DNA of 64,000 nucleotides. Source: a virus. Taxonomy: Duplodnaviria; Caudoviricetes. The position numbers were made by a program, and so were the translations under genes. A model generated the notes under the pieces. That model searched no databases, was not told the DNA's origin, and was given only the letters and a program-made list of their open reading frames with translations. Location: positions 1-64,000 of IMG/VR virus record IMGVR_UViG_3300007961_000135; one strand, written 5' to 3'. Below are positions 53,168 to 63,450 of this stretch, in pieces (the stretch's first letter is position 1; each line of letters starts with the position of its first letter).

Positions 53168-54526
53168 ATGGCGGGAGGAAATTTTGACAAAACCGTGGGC
53201 AAGGTACGCCCCGGAAACTATGTGAATTTCGAGGACGACAATGTTTCTCTCGTTGCCGGCAATTCTCGCGGCACCGTTCTCGTTCCCCTTCCGAATACCG
53301 ATTACGGTCCCTCCGGCGTGTTTATCAGCATTACTGCCGGCTCTCTCGACGCGGCAAAGCCGTACCTCGGTTACAGCGTCACCGATACCGGAGACCCCGC
53401 GAACAACATGCTTCTCATAAGAGAGGCTTTCAAGGGCGCCTACCGTGTTATCGCCTACATCTGCACGGACGGCACCGCGAAAGCCAGCGGTACGGGCGGC
53501 GGTGTGACCGGCACAGCAAAATATAAGGGCGCAAGGGGCAATAAGCTCTCTTACGCTATCATCACCAATCCCGCCGGGGGTTTTGACGTGGAGATCTCTC
53601 TTGACGGCAGCATCGTCGAGACCCATGAGCGTGTTACCGCCGTTACCGATCTTGCCGATTCCAAGTGGATAGACTTCGCTTACAGCACCGGCAGTTCTGC
53701 GCTTGTGGCAGTAGCCGGCGTTTCTCTCTCCGGAGGCAGCTCCGGCACGACTACCAATTCCAACGTGACCGACTTCCTGGACGCCTCCGAGGGCGTTGCG
53801 TTCAACACGATGTGCTTCCATTTCACCGACGCCACCCTGCAGGCGGCCTGCAAGACCAAGATCAAGTATCTGCGGTCTCAGGTCGGACGCGGTGTACAGG
53901 CGGTCTGCCCGAACTATGCCGGCGACTACGAGGGTATCATCAACGTCACCAACAGCTACGCGCTGGGCGATTACAACCTGACCACTGCCGAGGCCTGCGC
54001 CTTCGTAGCCGGTATTACCGCCGGCGCCAGCAACGTGGAGTCCAACACCTACAAGGTCGTGGACAGCGCCACCGGCGTTGTCGGCCTCAAAACCCACGAG
54101 GCTGCCGAGACCGCAATCATGAACGGCGAGTTCTTCTTCTCCGCCAGCGAGAGCGGCGACGTCATCGTTGAGTATGACATCAACTCCCTCAAGACCTTTA
54201 CCGCCAAGAAGGGCGTGCATTACAGCAAGAACCGCGTCATCCGCGTGTTCGACACCTTCCAGGAAGCTATCCAGCGCAATTTCCCGCCCAACAAGTACAG
54301 CAACGACCCGGACGGCTGGGCGATCATGAAGGGCGTAGGCAACAGCATTCTGAAGCTCTTCGGCCCCAGGTCTGACGGCGGCGTAGGAGCTATTAAGAAC
54401 ATTGACTACGAGCACGACTTCGTGATCGACGAGGAAAACAGCACCGGCGACCAGACTTTCTTCAACGTCGGCCTGGAGCCCGTGGACAGCTCGGAGAAGC
54501 TGTACTTCTCCGTGGCGACCAGATAG
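53168..54526 (+). CDS. xkdK: Tail sheath protein
   Basis: 'KVRPGNYVNF', 'DYEGIINV', 'YDINSL', 'KNRVIRV', 'EKLYF'. Confidence 0.93.
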   Translation: MAGGNFDKTVGKVRPGNYVNFEDDNVSLVAGNSRGTVLVPLPNTDYGPSGVFISITAGSLDAAKPYLGYSVTDTGDPANNMLLIREAFKGAYRVIAYICTDGTAKASGTGGGVTGTAKYKGARGNKLSYAIITNPAGGFDVEISLDGSIVETHERVTAVTDLADSKWIDFAYSTGSSALVAVAGVSLSGGSSGTTTNSNVTDFLDASEGVAFNTMCFHFTDATLQAACKTKIKYLRSQVGRGVQAVCPNYAGDYEGIINVTNSYALGDYNLTTAEACAFVAGITAGASNVESNTYKVVDSATGVVGLKTHEAAETAIMNGEFFFSASESGDVIVEYDINSLKTFTAKKGVHYSKNRVIRVFDTFQEAIQRNFPPNKYSNDPDGWAIMKGVGNSILKLFGPRSDGGVGAIKNIDYEHDFVIDEENSTGDQTFFNVGLEPVDSSEKLYFSVATR

Positions 54527-54540
54527 GAGGGTAAAAGCGC

Positions 54541-54978
54541 ATGAGCGTTATGCAGTACAACAAGAGCCCCATTTCTCTTAAAGAGGGCAAGGTCTTCATC
54601 GACGGCGTGGAGGTTCTGGACAGCGTCACCTGTGAAATAACCTTTACGCCTGACGTGTGGACGGGCAGGCAGCTCGGCGAGCGTACTCCGTCCTCCCGCT
54701 GGACGGGCTACACCATAACCGGCACCATCACCCGCCGCCGCTCCACCAACTGGCTGGAGCAGAAAATCAGAGAGTACAAGACTACCGGCAAGACGCCCGA
54801 GATGACCATTCAGGGCGTCATGAACGACGAGAACAGCGACTACTACGAGGCCAACGGCACCAATGTCGTTACAGCTGTCGGGTGTGTCCTCACCGGCAAT
54901 CTTCCTCTGACCCGCCTCGATTCCAACGGTGACATCGTGGACGACCAGATCTCTTTCAACGCAAAAGACTTCGCATAA
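54541..54978 (+). CDS. xkdM: Tail tube protein
   Basis: 'ISLKEGKVFIDG', 'TGYTITGT'; follows the sheath. Confidence 0.88.
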   Translation: MSVMQYNKSPISLKEGKVFIDGVEVLDSVTCEITFTPDVWTGRQLGERTPSSRWTGYTITGTITRRRSTNWLEQKIREYKTTGKTPEMTIQGVMNDENSDYYEANGTNVVTAVGCVLTGNLPLTRLDSNGDIVDDQISFNAKDFA

Positions 54979-54991
54979 TCCCCTATGCAGA

Positions 54992-55022
54992 ACAGCCCCG
55001 GGGCTTCCGGGGCTGTCTTTTG
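54992..55022 (+). terminator. Intrinsic terminator after the tail tube gene
   Basis: ACAGCCCCGG-GGCTT-CCGGGGCTGT then CTTTT. Confidence 0.75.
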
Positions 55023-55080
55023 CTGCCTTTTATCAATAATCGCTGCTTTTCCGCAGCGGACACTTTTTAGGAGGTTAATC

Positions 55081-55548
55081 ATGGCCAATAAGAGCCTTAA
55101 ATATTTCATGCGCGACACTACGCCCAAAACCGTTATCGTCCCCGGTCCGGAGACCTTCAAGGACGAAGAGGGCAAGGTCATAGACTTTGAAATCAAAGTG
55201 CTTACCCAGTCCGAAATCATGAAAATCAACGACGCCTATCGCGTTCACCGGGCAGCCCGCGACAAAAAAGGCAATCCACTGGTGCTGAACAATGAGGTCG
55301 TCTGGGAGACCGAGCGCGACAATGCCCGTGCCTCACGGCACATGATTGTGGAGGCTCTGTTGTATCCCAACCTGAAAGACCCGGAGCTGATGAAGCACTA
55401 CAACTGCGTGGACGTCACGGATATGCCCCTGCACGTATTTCCGCGAGCGGACGAGTATCAGCACGTTACCAAAATCGTCATGCAGGCTCTTGGCCTCGGT
55501 GCCGACGAGCTCGAAGACGAAGAGGATATTAAAGACGCAAAAAACTGA
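55081..55548 (+). CDS. xkdN: Tail assembly chaperone (gpG-like)
   Basis: AGGAGG SD; 'YPNLKDPELMKHY'; ends GCA AAA AAC TGA. Confidence 0.85.
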   Translation: MANKSLKYFMRDTTPKTVIVPGPETFKDEEGKVIDFEIKVLTQSEIMKINDAYRVHRAARDKKGNPLVLNNEVVWETERDNARASRHMIVEALLYPNLKDPELMKHYNCVDVTDMPLHVFPRADEYQHVTKIVMQALGLGADELEDEEDIKDAKN

Positions 55549-55733
55549 TTGCCGCCGAGGGCTCTGACGCCTATTGGGCTCACCGCCTTTGGCAGCGGCA
55601 CAACCTTCGACCGGAGGAATTTGAGGCCATGCCCCGCCGTATGAAGTTGTTTTACATCGCCAGCGAAATGACCGAGGCTAAAACCCCGGTGAGGCGGGAC
55701 ACATGGAGACCATTCAAGAAAGGAGGCGCGTAA
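55539..55733 (+). CDS. Programmed -1 frameshift extension of the tail chaperone (gpGT-like)
   Basis: Slippery A AAA AAC at 55539-55545; the -1 frame reads LIAAEGSDAYWAHRLWQRHNLRPEEF...KKGGA* and stops just before the TMP. Confidence 0.85.
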   Translation, partial: KKLIAAEGSDAYWAHRLWQRHNLRPEEFEAMPRRMKLFYIASEMTEAKTPVRRDTWRPFKKGGA

Positions 55734-55736
55734 CAA

Positions 55737-58700
55737 ATGGCTAATCTGACCGCGACTTTTAAGCTCATAGACAATATGAGTAACAAAATGGCTCAAATGG
55801 GCAGTACGGGCAATAACATGCTGCGCTCATGGCAGAGCTCTGGCCAGTCCGTTAATGACGCGCTTTCCAGAATAGACGGAACCGCCTCCGGAGCGGTCCG
55901 TAGCGTTGACGGAGTAGCCAAGTCTGTCGAAGCCTTTGACAGAACATCGGCCGGGGCATCATCGGTCGGCGACAAGCTTGCCGGTGCCATGAACAACGTA
56001 TCTCAGTCCGCGAGCGCAGCGGCGCCGCAGACGGAGGATTGGACCGACTCAATAGACGAAGCCGCCCAATCAGCTCGTGAAGCTGCTGACGCCTCCGGAA
56101 AGCTGGCAGAAGCTGCCGAAGATGCCGGCGAAGCCGCCGAGGAAGCCTCCGACGATCTGGAGGACCTGGGCGAGAACGGCATGAATTCCATACAGGCTCT
56201 GTCTGGCGCTTTGGCCTCTGCCGGTATCGTTAAGATTTTAGAGGAGATTGGAGAAAAGGCTCTTGAAGCAGCCGGCAAGGCTGAACGCTTTGAGACGTCT
56301 ATCGCCCAGCTCCAAACGATAGCCGGCGGCAATCAAATAAGCTACCTCACAGGCGATATCAGCGCCTTGTCCCGGGAAACGGGGCAGGCGGCGTCCGGCC
56401 TCGCAACGGTATCCTATAACGCTATTTCCGCAGGCTCGGCAGTTGAGGATGCGGTTTACAATGCGGGAGCGGCCAGCAAATTGGCCGTGGCAGGATTCAC
56501 CGATACTACCTCCGCCCTGTCCGTGCTTTCCACTACCATGAACTCCTACGGAGAGGCGGCAGGCTCGGCGACGGAGATCTCCGACAGTCTTATCATGGTG
56601 CAGAATCTCGGCGTTACCACCGTGGCAGAGCTGTCCCAGCAAATGGGCCGCGCCATTGCCGTGGCCTCCGGCTATAACGTATCTCTCGGAAATCTCGAAG
56701 CGGCGTATATCTCCACCACCAAGGCCGGTATCAACACGGCCATGTCCACGACCTATATCAGCGGAATGCTGTCGGAATTAGGCAATGCCGGCAGCGACGT
56801 TTCCGTTATCCTCCAGGAGACCACCGGAAAGACCTTCGGCCAGCTCATGGAACAGGGCGAGAGCCTTGCCGATGTGCTGGGTGTCCTGTACGACAGCGTG
56901 AACGGTGACACCGAGGCATTTATGAACCTGTGGGGAAGCACAACGGCAGGCATGGCGGCAGCGGCTATCATCAACCAGGGCCTTGAACAGTTCAATGAGA
57001 ACCTGCAGGCGGTTGAAAACTCTGCCGGTGCGACGGAAGAATCATACAAAGTCATGGCGGACACGACGGAGTTTGCTCACCAGAGGATGATAAACTCCAT
57101 GGAGCAGGTAAGTATCGCCTATGGCACTACGATAAACCCGCTTCTTGAAAAATACTACAACGCGAAGGCTGAAATCCTGAACGGCATAGCGGAGTTCATT
57201 GATGAACATCCGAAGGTTGTCAAGGCGGCTTCGTCCCTGGCCATCGGGATCGGCGTCGTAGCCGGAGCGATCGCCCTTGCCGGCATAAAGGCATTGGCTG
57301 CCATACCGGCTGTCGCCGCCTTTGGCACGGCGTTTACCGCGGCCCTCGGGCCTATCGGCTGGGCGGCTGTCGCTATCGGCGCCGTAGTTGCAGCCGGCGT
57401 CGCTTTCATCGCCATGAGCAGCGACGCGGAGGACGCCACAGAGAGACTCACTTATGCTTCTCAGGAACAGGAAAAGGAGCTTGCCGAACTCAACGCCCAG
57501 TATGAGGAAGCCTGCGCCAGATCCGGCAGTCTTTTAGGCGAGGCCGGGGAGCTGGCTCTCAAAATCTCCCGCCTCGAGGAAGCATACGGCGGGACAGGCA
57601 AAACCCTCGGCAAGCTAATCGAGGAAATCAACGCCACCGGCGAAGCGATTTCCGGCATTCACCAGAGCTATGAGGACGCCATAACCGACGCGAACAGCCT
57701 CGAAACAGGCTCTACGCGGCTTATAAGCCAGCTCTTTGTTCTGGCCGGACAGACGGACGACACCGGCGCCAACCTTGACGTCATGCGGGGCATTGTGGAT
57801 AAGCTCAACAGCTCCTACGAAGGCCTCGGTCTCACCATCGACGAGACTACCGGCAAGCTGTCCATGTCCGTTCCCGACCTCTACGACTATATCCAGAAGA
57901 TTGCGGAACAGCAGAAGAAGCAGGCGGCCACCGACGCCCTTGTTTCAGCCATTGCCGAGTTTGATACTGCCCGGCAGAAAGTTTCAGAAGCAGCTGACGA
58001 AGTGCTGTTGTCTTGGAATAAGAAGCAGGAATATGCAGGGACTATATCTCCCTTTGACTCCGCAGCGAACATTGCTTACGCAAACGCCCGCGAAACTTAT
58101 GAACTGACGTCAATTCGGTTGGGAGAGGCCAAACAGCACTATACCGACCTGATAAGCAATATTCGGACATACTGTGAAGAACTTGGGTATTCTTCCGAAC
58201 AGACAGAGGCGTTCATAGAACAGCTTATAGCCTCGTCGGAGGGCGCAGACAGTCTTGCCGATAGTCTTCAGGAGACCGAAGCCGCTACCAGCGACTATGA
58301 AGAGGCCGCCGCCTCCGCTTTCCAGAGTGTCAAGGGTGAGATCGACAAGCTCTGCCAGGCATACGACGATGCCTATAACGCGGCGCTTGAAAGCTTTAAC
58401 GGGCAATTCGGCCTCTTTGACGAAGCCCAGACCAGCGCCGACGCCACTGTTGAGAACGCCCAAAAGGCCCTTGACAGCCAACTTGCCTACTGGAACAACT
58501 ACCTTGCCAACATCGAAGCTCTGAAGGCCGTCTCCGCAGAGGACCTTGGCGTCACACAGGAAAACTATGAGGCGCTTATGGCCTATGTCCAGAGCGGTAC
58601 CGAAGAGGCCGCCGGGCTGGCCGCGAGCATGGTCAAGGACATCAATGCCGGGCATGAGGAGGCTGTCGCACAGCTCGCCACTACTCTCGGTGATGTGCAG

Positions 58701-59684
58701 ACAAAGCAGCAGGAGGCCGCTGACTCCGTCGCCGATTGGCAGGTGGACTTTTACTCTAAGCTGGATGATCTCAGTGATAAGTTCGATGAAGTAGTGGAAG
58801 GCCTTGACCTCTCTGATGAAGCGGAAGCGGCCGCGAGCGATACCTTCCAGGCGTATATAGACGAGATCGAGAGGAAGGGCGATTCGGCGGTGGCCGCAGC
58901 ACAGCGCGTAGCGGACAGAGTGTCGGCGGCGCTGTCCAGCGCCAGCGGCAACATAAGTGTCAATCTGAATGCGCCGGCTCCCGGCCACGCCAAAGGCACC
59001 GACTATGCCGAGAACGTCTTTGTCGCCGGCGAGGAAGGCCCGGAACTCATACGCAGAGCGGCAGGCTCTTACTCCAAGCCGGAATACTTCTTTGCCGGCC
59101 TGAACGGGCCTGAGCTCATCGTCGGAGAGCAGGGCGCGAAGGTCTATACCAACGAGGAAACGAAAAACCTCATAGGCAACGCTGCGGGGGCAAGCCCCTT
59201 GTCTCAGGTGGGCGACATCAGCTACGGCGACACTATCACCACGAGCTATGACCGGACCTATGATACAGACTACTTCTACGACATGGGTCGGCAGTCGGAG
59301 GTGTTGTCCGAGCGCGCCGAGCCGGAAGTCATGCCCGACAGCGGGAACAAGACCATCATTTCTTTCGCCCCGGACTTTATGGAAAGGATCGGCGGAAAGA
59401 CCCGGATTTATGACACCGAGGACACGGAGGCAGCGCCTTTCAGGACTGTCGGAGAGCCTGACGACTATCGGGAGGGACAGCCTTCCGGCGGTCTTCGCGG
59501 AGGCAGCTCGGAAGATACCCGGCATATCTATCTCGACATCACCGGCAGCGGCGCCATCAAGGTCAGCGCCGGTATGGACAGAGAAACGGTGCTGGAGCTC
59601 CTGCAAGAGAACCTTAAGCCCGTGCTTGCGGGTATCATCCAGGAGGAGATCTTCGAGGAGGGGGATTTGAGCTATGATTACTAA
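55737..59684 (+). CDS. Tape measure protein
   Basis: 1315 aa Ala-rich helical protein with TP901-like core and a membrane-like Gly/Ala segment. Confidence 0.92.
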   Translation: MANLTATFKLIDNMSNKMAQMGSTGNNMLRSWQSSGQSVNDALSRIDGTASGAVRSVDGVAKSVEAFDRTSAGASSVGDKLAGAMNNVSQSASAAAPQTEDWTDSIDEAAQSAREAADASGKLAEAAEDAGEAAEEASDDLEDLGENGMNSIQALSGALASAGIVKILEEIGEKALEAAGKAERFETSIAQLQTIAGGNQISYLTGDISALSRETGQAASGLATVSYNAISAGSAVEDAVYNAGAASKLAVAGFTDTTSALSVLSTTMNSYGEAAGSATEISDSLIMVQNLGVTTVAELSQQMGRAIAVASGYNVSLGNLEAAYISTTKAGINTAMSTTYISGMLSELGNAGSDVSVILQETTGKTFGQLMEQGESLADVLGVLYDSVNGDTEAFMNLWGSTTAGMAAAAIINQGLEQFNENLQAVENSAGATEESYKVMADTTEFAHQRMINSMEQVSIAYGTTINPLLEKYYNAKAEILNGIAEFIDEHPKVVKAASSLAIGIGVVAGAIALAGIKALAAIPAVAAFGTAFTAALGPIGWAAVAIGAVVAAGVAFIAMSSDAEDATERLTYASQEQEKELAELNAQYEEACARSGSLLGEAGELALKISRLEEAYGGTGKTLGKLIEEINATGEAISGIHQSYEDAITDANSLETGSTRLISQLFVLAGQTDDTGANLDVMRGIVDKLNSSYEGLGLTIDETTGKLSMSVPDLYDYIQKIAEQQKKQAATDALVSAIAEFDTARQKVSEAADEVLLSWNKKQEYAGTISPFDSAANIAYANARETYELTSIRLGEAKQHYTDLISNIRTYCEELGYSSEQTEAFIEQLIASSEGADSLADSLQETEAATSDYEEAAASAFQSVKGEIDKLCQAYDDAYNAALESFNGQFGLFDEAQTSADATVENAQKALDSQLAYWNNYLANIEALKAVSAEDLGVTQENYEALMAYVQSGTEEAAGLAASMVKDINAGHEEAVAQLATTLGDVQTKQQEAADSVADWQVDFYSKLDDLSDKFDEVVEGLDLSDEAEAAASDTFQAYIDEIERKGDSAVAAAQRVADRVSAALSSASGNISVNLNAPAPGHAKGTDYAENVFVAGEEGPELIRRAAGSYSKPEYFFAGLNGPELIVGEQGAKVYTNEETKNLIGNAAGASPLSQVGDISYGDTITTSYDRTYDTDYFYDMGRQSEVLSERAEPEVMPDSGNKTIISFAPDFMERIGGKTRIYDTEDTEAAPFRTVGEPDDYREGQPSGGLRGGSSEDTRHIYLDITGSGAIKVSAGMDRETVLELLQENLKPVLAGIIQEEIFEEGDLSYDY

Positions 59685-60336
59685 TTATCAGATGTGGATG
59701 ACCGCCAACGGCTCCACCGTCAAGCTCCAATTCCCCGTTCATCCTGATAAGATCGAGGTCCGCAGGAACGGCAACAACGACACCGTAAACCTCACCGGGA
59801 TAGGCGAGGTGACGATCATCCAGAAGCCCGCAGCGGACAGAGTGACATGGAAATGCTTTTTTCCCGCGGCGTCATTTCCTGGCGTAAAGGGGAGCCTGCA
59901 GGAGCCTATGAGCTACGTTAAGCAGCTCAACGCCTGGAAGAACAGCGAAGAGCCGGTCTATTTTGTCTCGACGGCCTGCGGTATCTGCGACTACTACACC
60001 ATAGAGGGTTTCACCTACTCCGAGGAAGGCGGCGACGTCGGTACTATCCAGTATTCGATAGAGCTGAAGCGTTACACGGAGCTTGGAGCCCGGACCGTAA
60101 CGGTAAGCCTCGATGAGCAGCGGGCCACCGTCCCAAAGCAGAACGACAGCCCCAGGGTGGACAACACGGAGACGCCGCAGACCTACACCGTTAAAAGCGG
60201 AGACAACCTGTACAAGATCGCCAAGACCCTCTACGGCGACGGCTCCCTGTGGACCAAGATATATGACGCAAACAGGGACAAGATTTCAAACCCCAATCTA
60301 ATATACCCGGGGCAGATATTTACGATTCCAAGCTAA
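59674..60336 (+). CDS. xkdP: XkdP-like tube initiator with LysM domain
   Basis: '[14 protein letters not shown]...WTKIYDAN...[14 protein letters not shown]'. Confidence 0.9.
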   Translation: MITNYQMWMTANGSTVKLQFPVHPDKIEVRRNGNNDTVNLTGIGEVTIIQKPAADRVTWKCFFPAASFPGVKGSLQEPMSYVKQLNAWKNSEEPVYFVSTACGICDYYTIEGFTYSEEGGDVGTIQYSIELKRYTELGARTVTVSLDEQRATVPKQNDSPRVDNTETPQTYTVKSGDNLYKIAKTLYGDGSLWTKIYDANRDKISNPNLIYPGQIFTIPS

Positions 60337-60340
60337 GGGG

Positions 60341-61552
60341 GTGGGTGAAATAGCAAAGTATCAGCTTTTGCTGTTCAAATCCGGCTCCTCCGGGACCGAC
60401 ATCACGAATCTCTGCCAGCAGATAAAGTGGAAGGGGCGAAAGGGCAGCGCGGCGCGAAGCGTAGCAGCGAAGCTCATAGACGACGACGGCGCCAAGCATT
60501 ACCGCTCCGGCATTACCGTTGAGGACGGTCACCAGGTCGTTTTCCTTGTGGACGGCGACGAGGTTTTCCGAGGCATTGTCATGTCCACCGGGCAGACCGG
60601 TAAAAAGCTGATGACCGTGACTGCCTACGACAACGGGATATACCTCGCCAACAACAAGGACACCTTTTGCTACGAAAACAAGACTGCCGACGAGGTCTTC
60701 CGGGATGTTATGTCCCGTTTCGGTCTGCCCGTCGGCACGGTGGCTTCCTGCTCTTACGTCATCCCGGAGCTGACAAAGAGTAAAACTTCTGCCTTTGACG
60801 CCATAGCCGACGCGCTGAACCTCGATTACAAAAACGCACAGGTCAGGCATTACATAGCCAGCTCAAAGGGGAAGATAAGCCTGCTCACCCGGAGGGAAAA
60901 TATCCTGCAATGGGTGATCGAGCCTACCTCCAACCTCATAGATTACAGTCTGAGCAAAAGCATTGAGAAGACCAGAACCCGTATAAAGCTGGTTTCCAAC
61001 GAGGGCACCGTTCTGGCGGAGGCCTCCGACACGGCGCTGGAGGAAAAGATCGGCATGTTCCAAGACATAGAACAGCCGGATGAAACGCTTACACAGGCGC
61101 AGCTTACGGCGCTGGCCAAGTCGATATGCGCCGAAAAAGCCGTTGTGGAAAACACGCTTACCCTCGACGCCCTGGGTATAAAGGAAGTAATCTCCGGCGT
61201 GGGTGTTTTTGTCAACATCCCGCACCTGGGACTCTCCCGCACTTTCTATGTGGACGAGGACACTCACGTCTTCGAGGGCAACAAGCACACCATGAACCTA
61301 AAGCTGAACGTAGCCAGCGACGTGGGAGCTGGTACCGGAACGCAAGTCCAGAGCGGCGGTAAAAGGTATGTGGTAGTTGCCAAATCCGGCCTGCACATCA
61401 GAAGCGGTGCCGGAACAGACTGCGCCTCCCTCGGCGTTCTGCCCTACGGTACATCATTCTCCGGAGATGGGCAGGAAAGCGACGGCTGGATACACGGCAC
61501 GGCCAACGGGCTTACAGGGTGGTCATACGGCGGCTATCTGAGCGAAGCATAG
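60341..61552 (+). CDS. xkdQ: XkdQ-like baseplate hub with C-terminal SH3b domain
   Basis: 'AYDNGIYLANNKD'; C-terminal 'GLHIRSGAGT...GWIH...GWSYGGYL'. Confidence 0.85.
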   Translation: MGEIAKYQLLLFKSGSSGTDITNLCQQIKWKGRKGSAARSVAAKLIDDDGAKHYRSGITVEDGHQVVFLVDGDEVFRGIVMSTGQTGKKLMTVTAYDNGIYLANNKDTFCYENKTADEVFRDVMSRFGLPVGTVASCSYVIPELTKSKTSAFDAIADALNLDYKNAQVRHYIASSKGKISLLTRRENILQWVIEPTSNLIDYSLSKSIEKTRTRIKLVSNEGTVLAEASDTALEEKIGMFQDIEQPDETLTQAQLTALAKSICAEKAVVENTLTLDALGIKEVISGVGVFVNIPHLGLSRTFYVDEDTHVFEGNKHTMNLKLNVASDVGAGTGTQVQSGGKRYVVVAKSGLHIRSGAGTDCASLGVLPYGTSFSGDGQESDGWIHGTANGLTGWSYGGYLSEA

Positions 61553-61566
61553 GAAGGAGGCAGCGG

Positions 61567-61926
61567 ATGAATACGGACGAAGCTCTCAGTTTGAAAGGAC
61601 TTTTCCAGGGCATAATACCACCGGCCTGTGCGCTGGTGCAGGGGACGGTAATCTCTATCACCCCTCTGAAAATCCAAATCAAAAACGACGAGAAGCTGAT
61701 AATCGGCGCCGCGGCTACGGTAATACCCAAGCACCTGACGGATCACACCGTTACGGTGACGATACCGAGCTCCGGCGCTCACTCTCAGTACACCGGCAAC
61801 GGTTTACACAGCCATACGGAGGTAACTATGACGGTATATAACGGACTGCGGAAAGGGGACGAGCTTCACCTGCTGGCGGTGCAGAACGGCAAAAAGTATT
61901 TCGCCCTCGGCCGCGTTGCAGGATAG
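61567..61926 (+). CDS. XkdR/DUF2577-like spike protein
   Basis: 'GTVISITPLKI', 'YNGLRKGDELHLL'; start reassigned after AAGGAGG. Confidence 0.8.
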   Translation: MNTDEALSLKGLFQGIIPPACALVQGTVISITPLKIQIKNDEKLIIGAAATVIPKHLTDHTVTVTIPSSGAHSQYTGNGLHSHTEVTMTVYNGLRKGDELHLLAVQNGKKYFALGRVAG

Positions 61927-62345
61927 TGGCCGCCGTGAATTTCCTGGAGTTGCCTGTAGAAACGTTTGAGGAGGCCAAGGAGGCACCGTCCCTGACCTAT
62001 AAACTCGACCTGAACACGGGCAGAATCGTCGGCAAAATCGACGGCAAAGAAGCGGTCCGGCAGGCAATACGAAAAGCAATAATAACACCGCGCTGGAAGT
62101 GCCTCATATACAGCAATCAGTACGGAAGCGAGATAGAGCGGTCGTATATAGCCGGAAACGCCTCCCTGGACTTTATCAGGGCTACCATAGAGGCGTATAT
62201 AAAAGACGCCCTCTTGCCGGACACGCGGATCCTCCGCTGTTATGATTTTGACGTGACTCAGGAGGACAACAGCGTGTATATTTCCTTCAAATGCGATACG
62301 GTCTTCGGGGAAATCTCAATGAAAGAGGTGATAGAGGGTGTTTGA
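61926..62345 (+). CDS. XkdS/DUF2634 gp25-like baseplate wedge protein
   Basis: 'IDGKEAVRQAI', 'YSNQYGSE', 'DALLPDTRI'. Confidence 0.85.
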   Translation: MAAVNFLELPVETFEEAKEAPSLTYKLDLNTGRIVGKIDGKEAVRQAIRKAIITPRWKCLIYSNQYGSEIERSYIAGNASLDFIRATIEAYIKDALLPDTRILRCYDFDVTQEDNSVYISFKCDTVFGEISMKEVIEGV

Positions 62346-63450
62346 AAAATATACTTACGAGTACCTTCTGGACAAATACCTGGCTTTGGCGCCAAGCGGA
62401 ATAGACACCCGTGAGGGCAGCATATTCTTCGACTCCGTTTCTGGATGTGCGCTTCGCATGGCAAAGCTCTACACCGATCTCGATCTTGTGTTCTTCCTCT
62501 CCCAGCTCGCCACCACCGTCGGCGAACACCTGGACATCAAGGCGGGTGAGTATGGCCTTTTCCGTCATGCCGCAACACCTGTTCAGTATTATTTCTCGTA
62601 CACCGGAAACATGCCCGACACGGGCGAACGATTCTTCTATGACGGCGTTTACTTCGTACTGAAGGAGGACAGCAACAACAATCTTTACCTCGAATGCGAG
62701 GAAGCGGGCGCCAGTCACAATTTCATAGCTTCCGGCACGCCGGTCGTGCCGGTAAACAACATCGACGGTCTGACGTCCGCCTCTATTGGTGCCGTTTATG
62801 AATACGGCACCGACGAGGAAACAGACGAGGCTTTAAGGTCGAGAGTGCAGGCTAAGCTCTCCGGCCCCGCTGAGAACGGGAACAAGCAACACTACAAGGT
62901 CTGGTGCGAGGAAGTGGACGGAGTGGGTATCGCAAGGATACTGTCGCTGTGGAACGGTCCGAACACCGTCAAGGGTGTCCTTATAAACTCCGAGGGACTC
63001 CCCTGCGGCAACACTATCGTCGCGGCCGTCCAGGAGCATGTTGACCCGGCCAAGCTTGGCTACACGACCACCGTGGACGGCGTGACCTACGTTGTGGGCG
63101 ACGGCCTCGGTGAAGGGCGGGCAAATGTAGGCGCTCACTTTACAGCTGTGGCAGCGAAGAGCGTCACGATCAACGTCGCGGCCTCCGTGGAGCTTGCCTC
63201 CGGATATGACGTTCAGACAGCCACGGATGACGCCGAGGCCGCATTGCAAAAGTATTTTAAGGAACTGGTACTCCAGACGGACAGCGCGAACGATCTCATA
63301 GTACGGCTCTCTGCCGTTGGCGTCATTCTCGCGGGCCTGGCGGATATTCTGGACTACTCCAGCCTCACCATTAACGGAGGAACGGCGAATATCACGCCCG
63401 GGGTGGACGGAGTGCCGGTGCTGGGTGAGGTGACGCTTAATGCTGTTTAA
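62338..63450 (+). CDS. xkdT: Baseplate J/gp47 family protein
   Basis: 'DTREGSIF', 'ETDEALRSR', 'GNKQHYKVW', 'WNGPNTVK'. Confidence 0.92.
   Translation: MFEKYTYEYLLDKYLALAPSGIDTREGSIFFDSVSGCALRMAKLYTDLDLVFFLSQLATTVGEHLDIKAGEYGLFRHAATPVQYYFSYTGNMPDTGERFFYDGVYFVLKEDSNNNLYLECEEAGASHNFIASGTPVVPVNNIDGLTSASIGAVYEYGTDEETDEALRSRVQAKLSGPAENGNKQHYKVWCEEVDGVGIARILSLWNGPNTVKGVLINSEGLPCGNTIVAAVQEHVDPAKLGYTTTVDGVTYVVGDGLGEGRANVGAHFTAVAAKSVTINVAASVELASGYDVQTATDDAEAALQKYFKELVLQTDSANDLIVRLSAVGVILAGLADILDYSSLTINGGTANITPGVDGVPVLGEVTLNAV

Noticed and set aside
52886-54415. 509-aa minus-strand ORF (also 58110..59606, 44857..45957, 51747..52820, 22056..23024 and similar)
   Set aside because: Shadow ORFs antisense to well-supported GC-rich phage genes; no SD or recognisable motifs.
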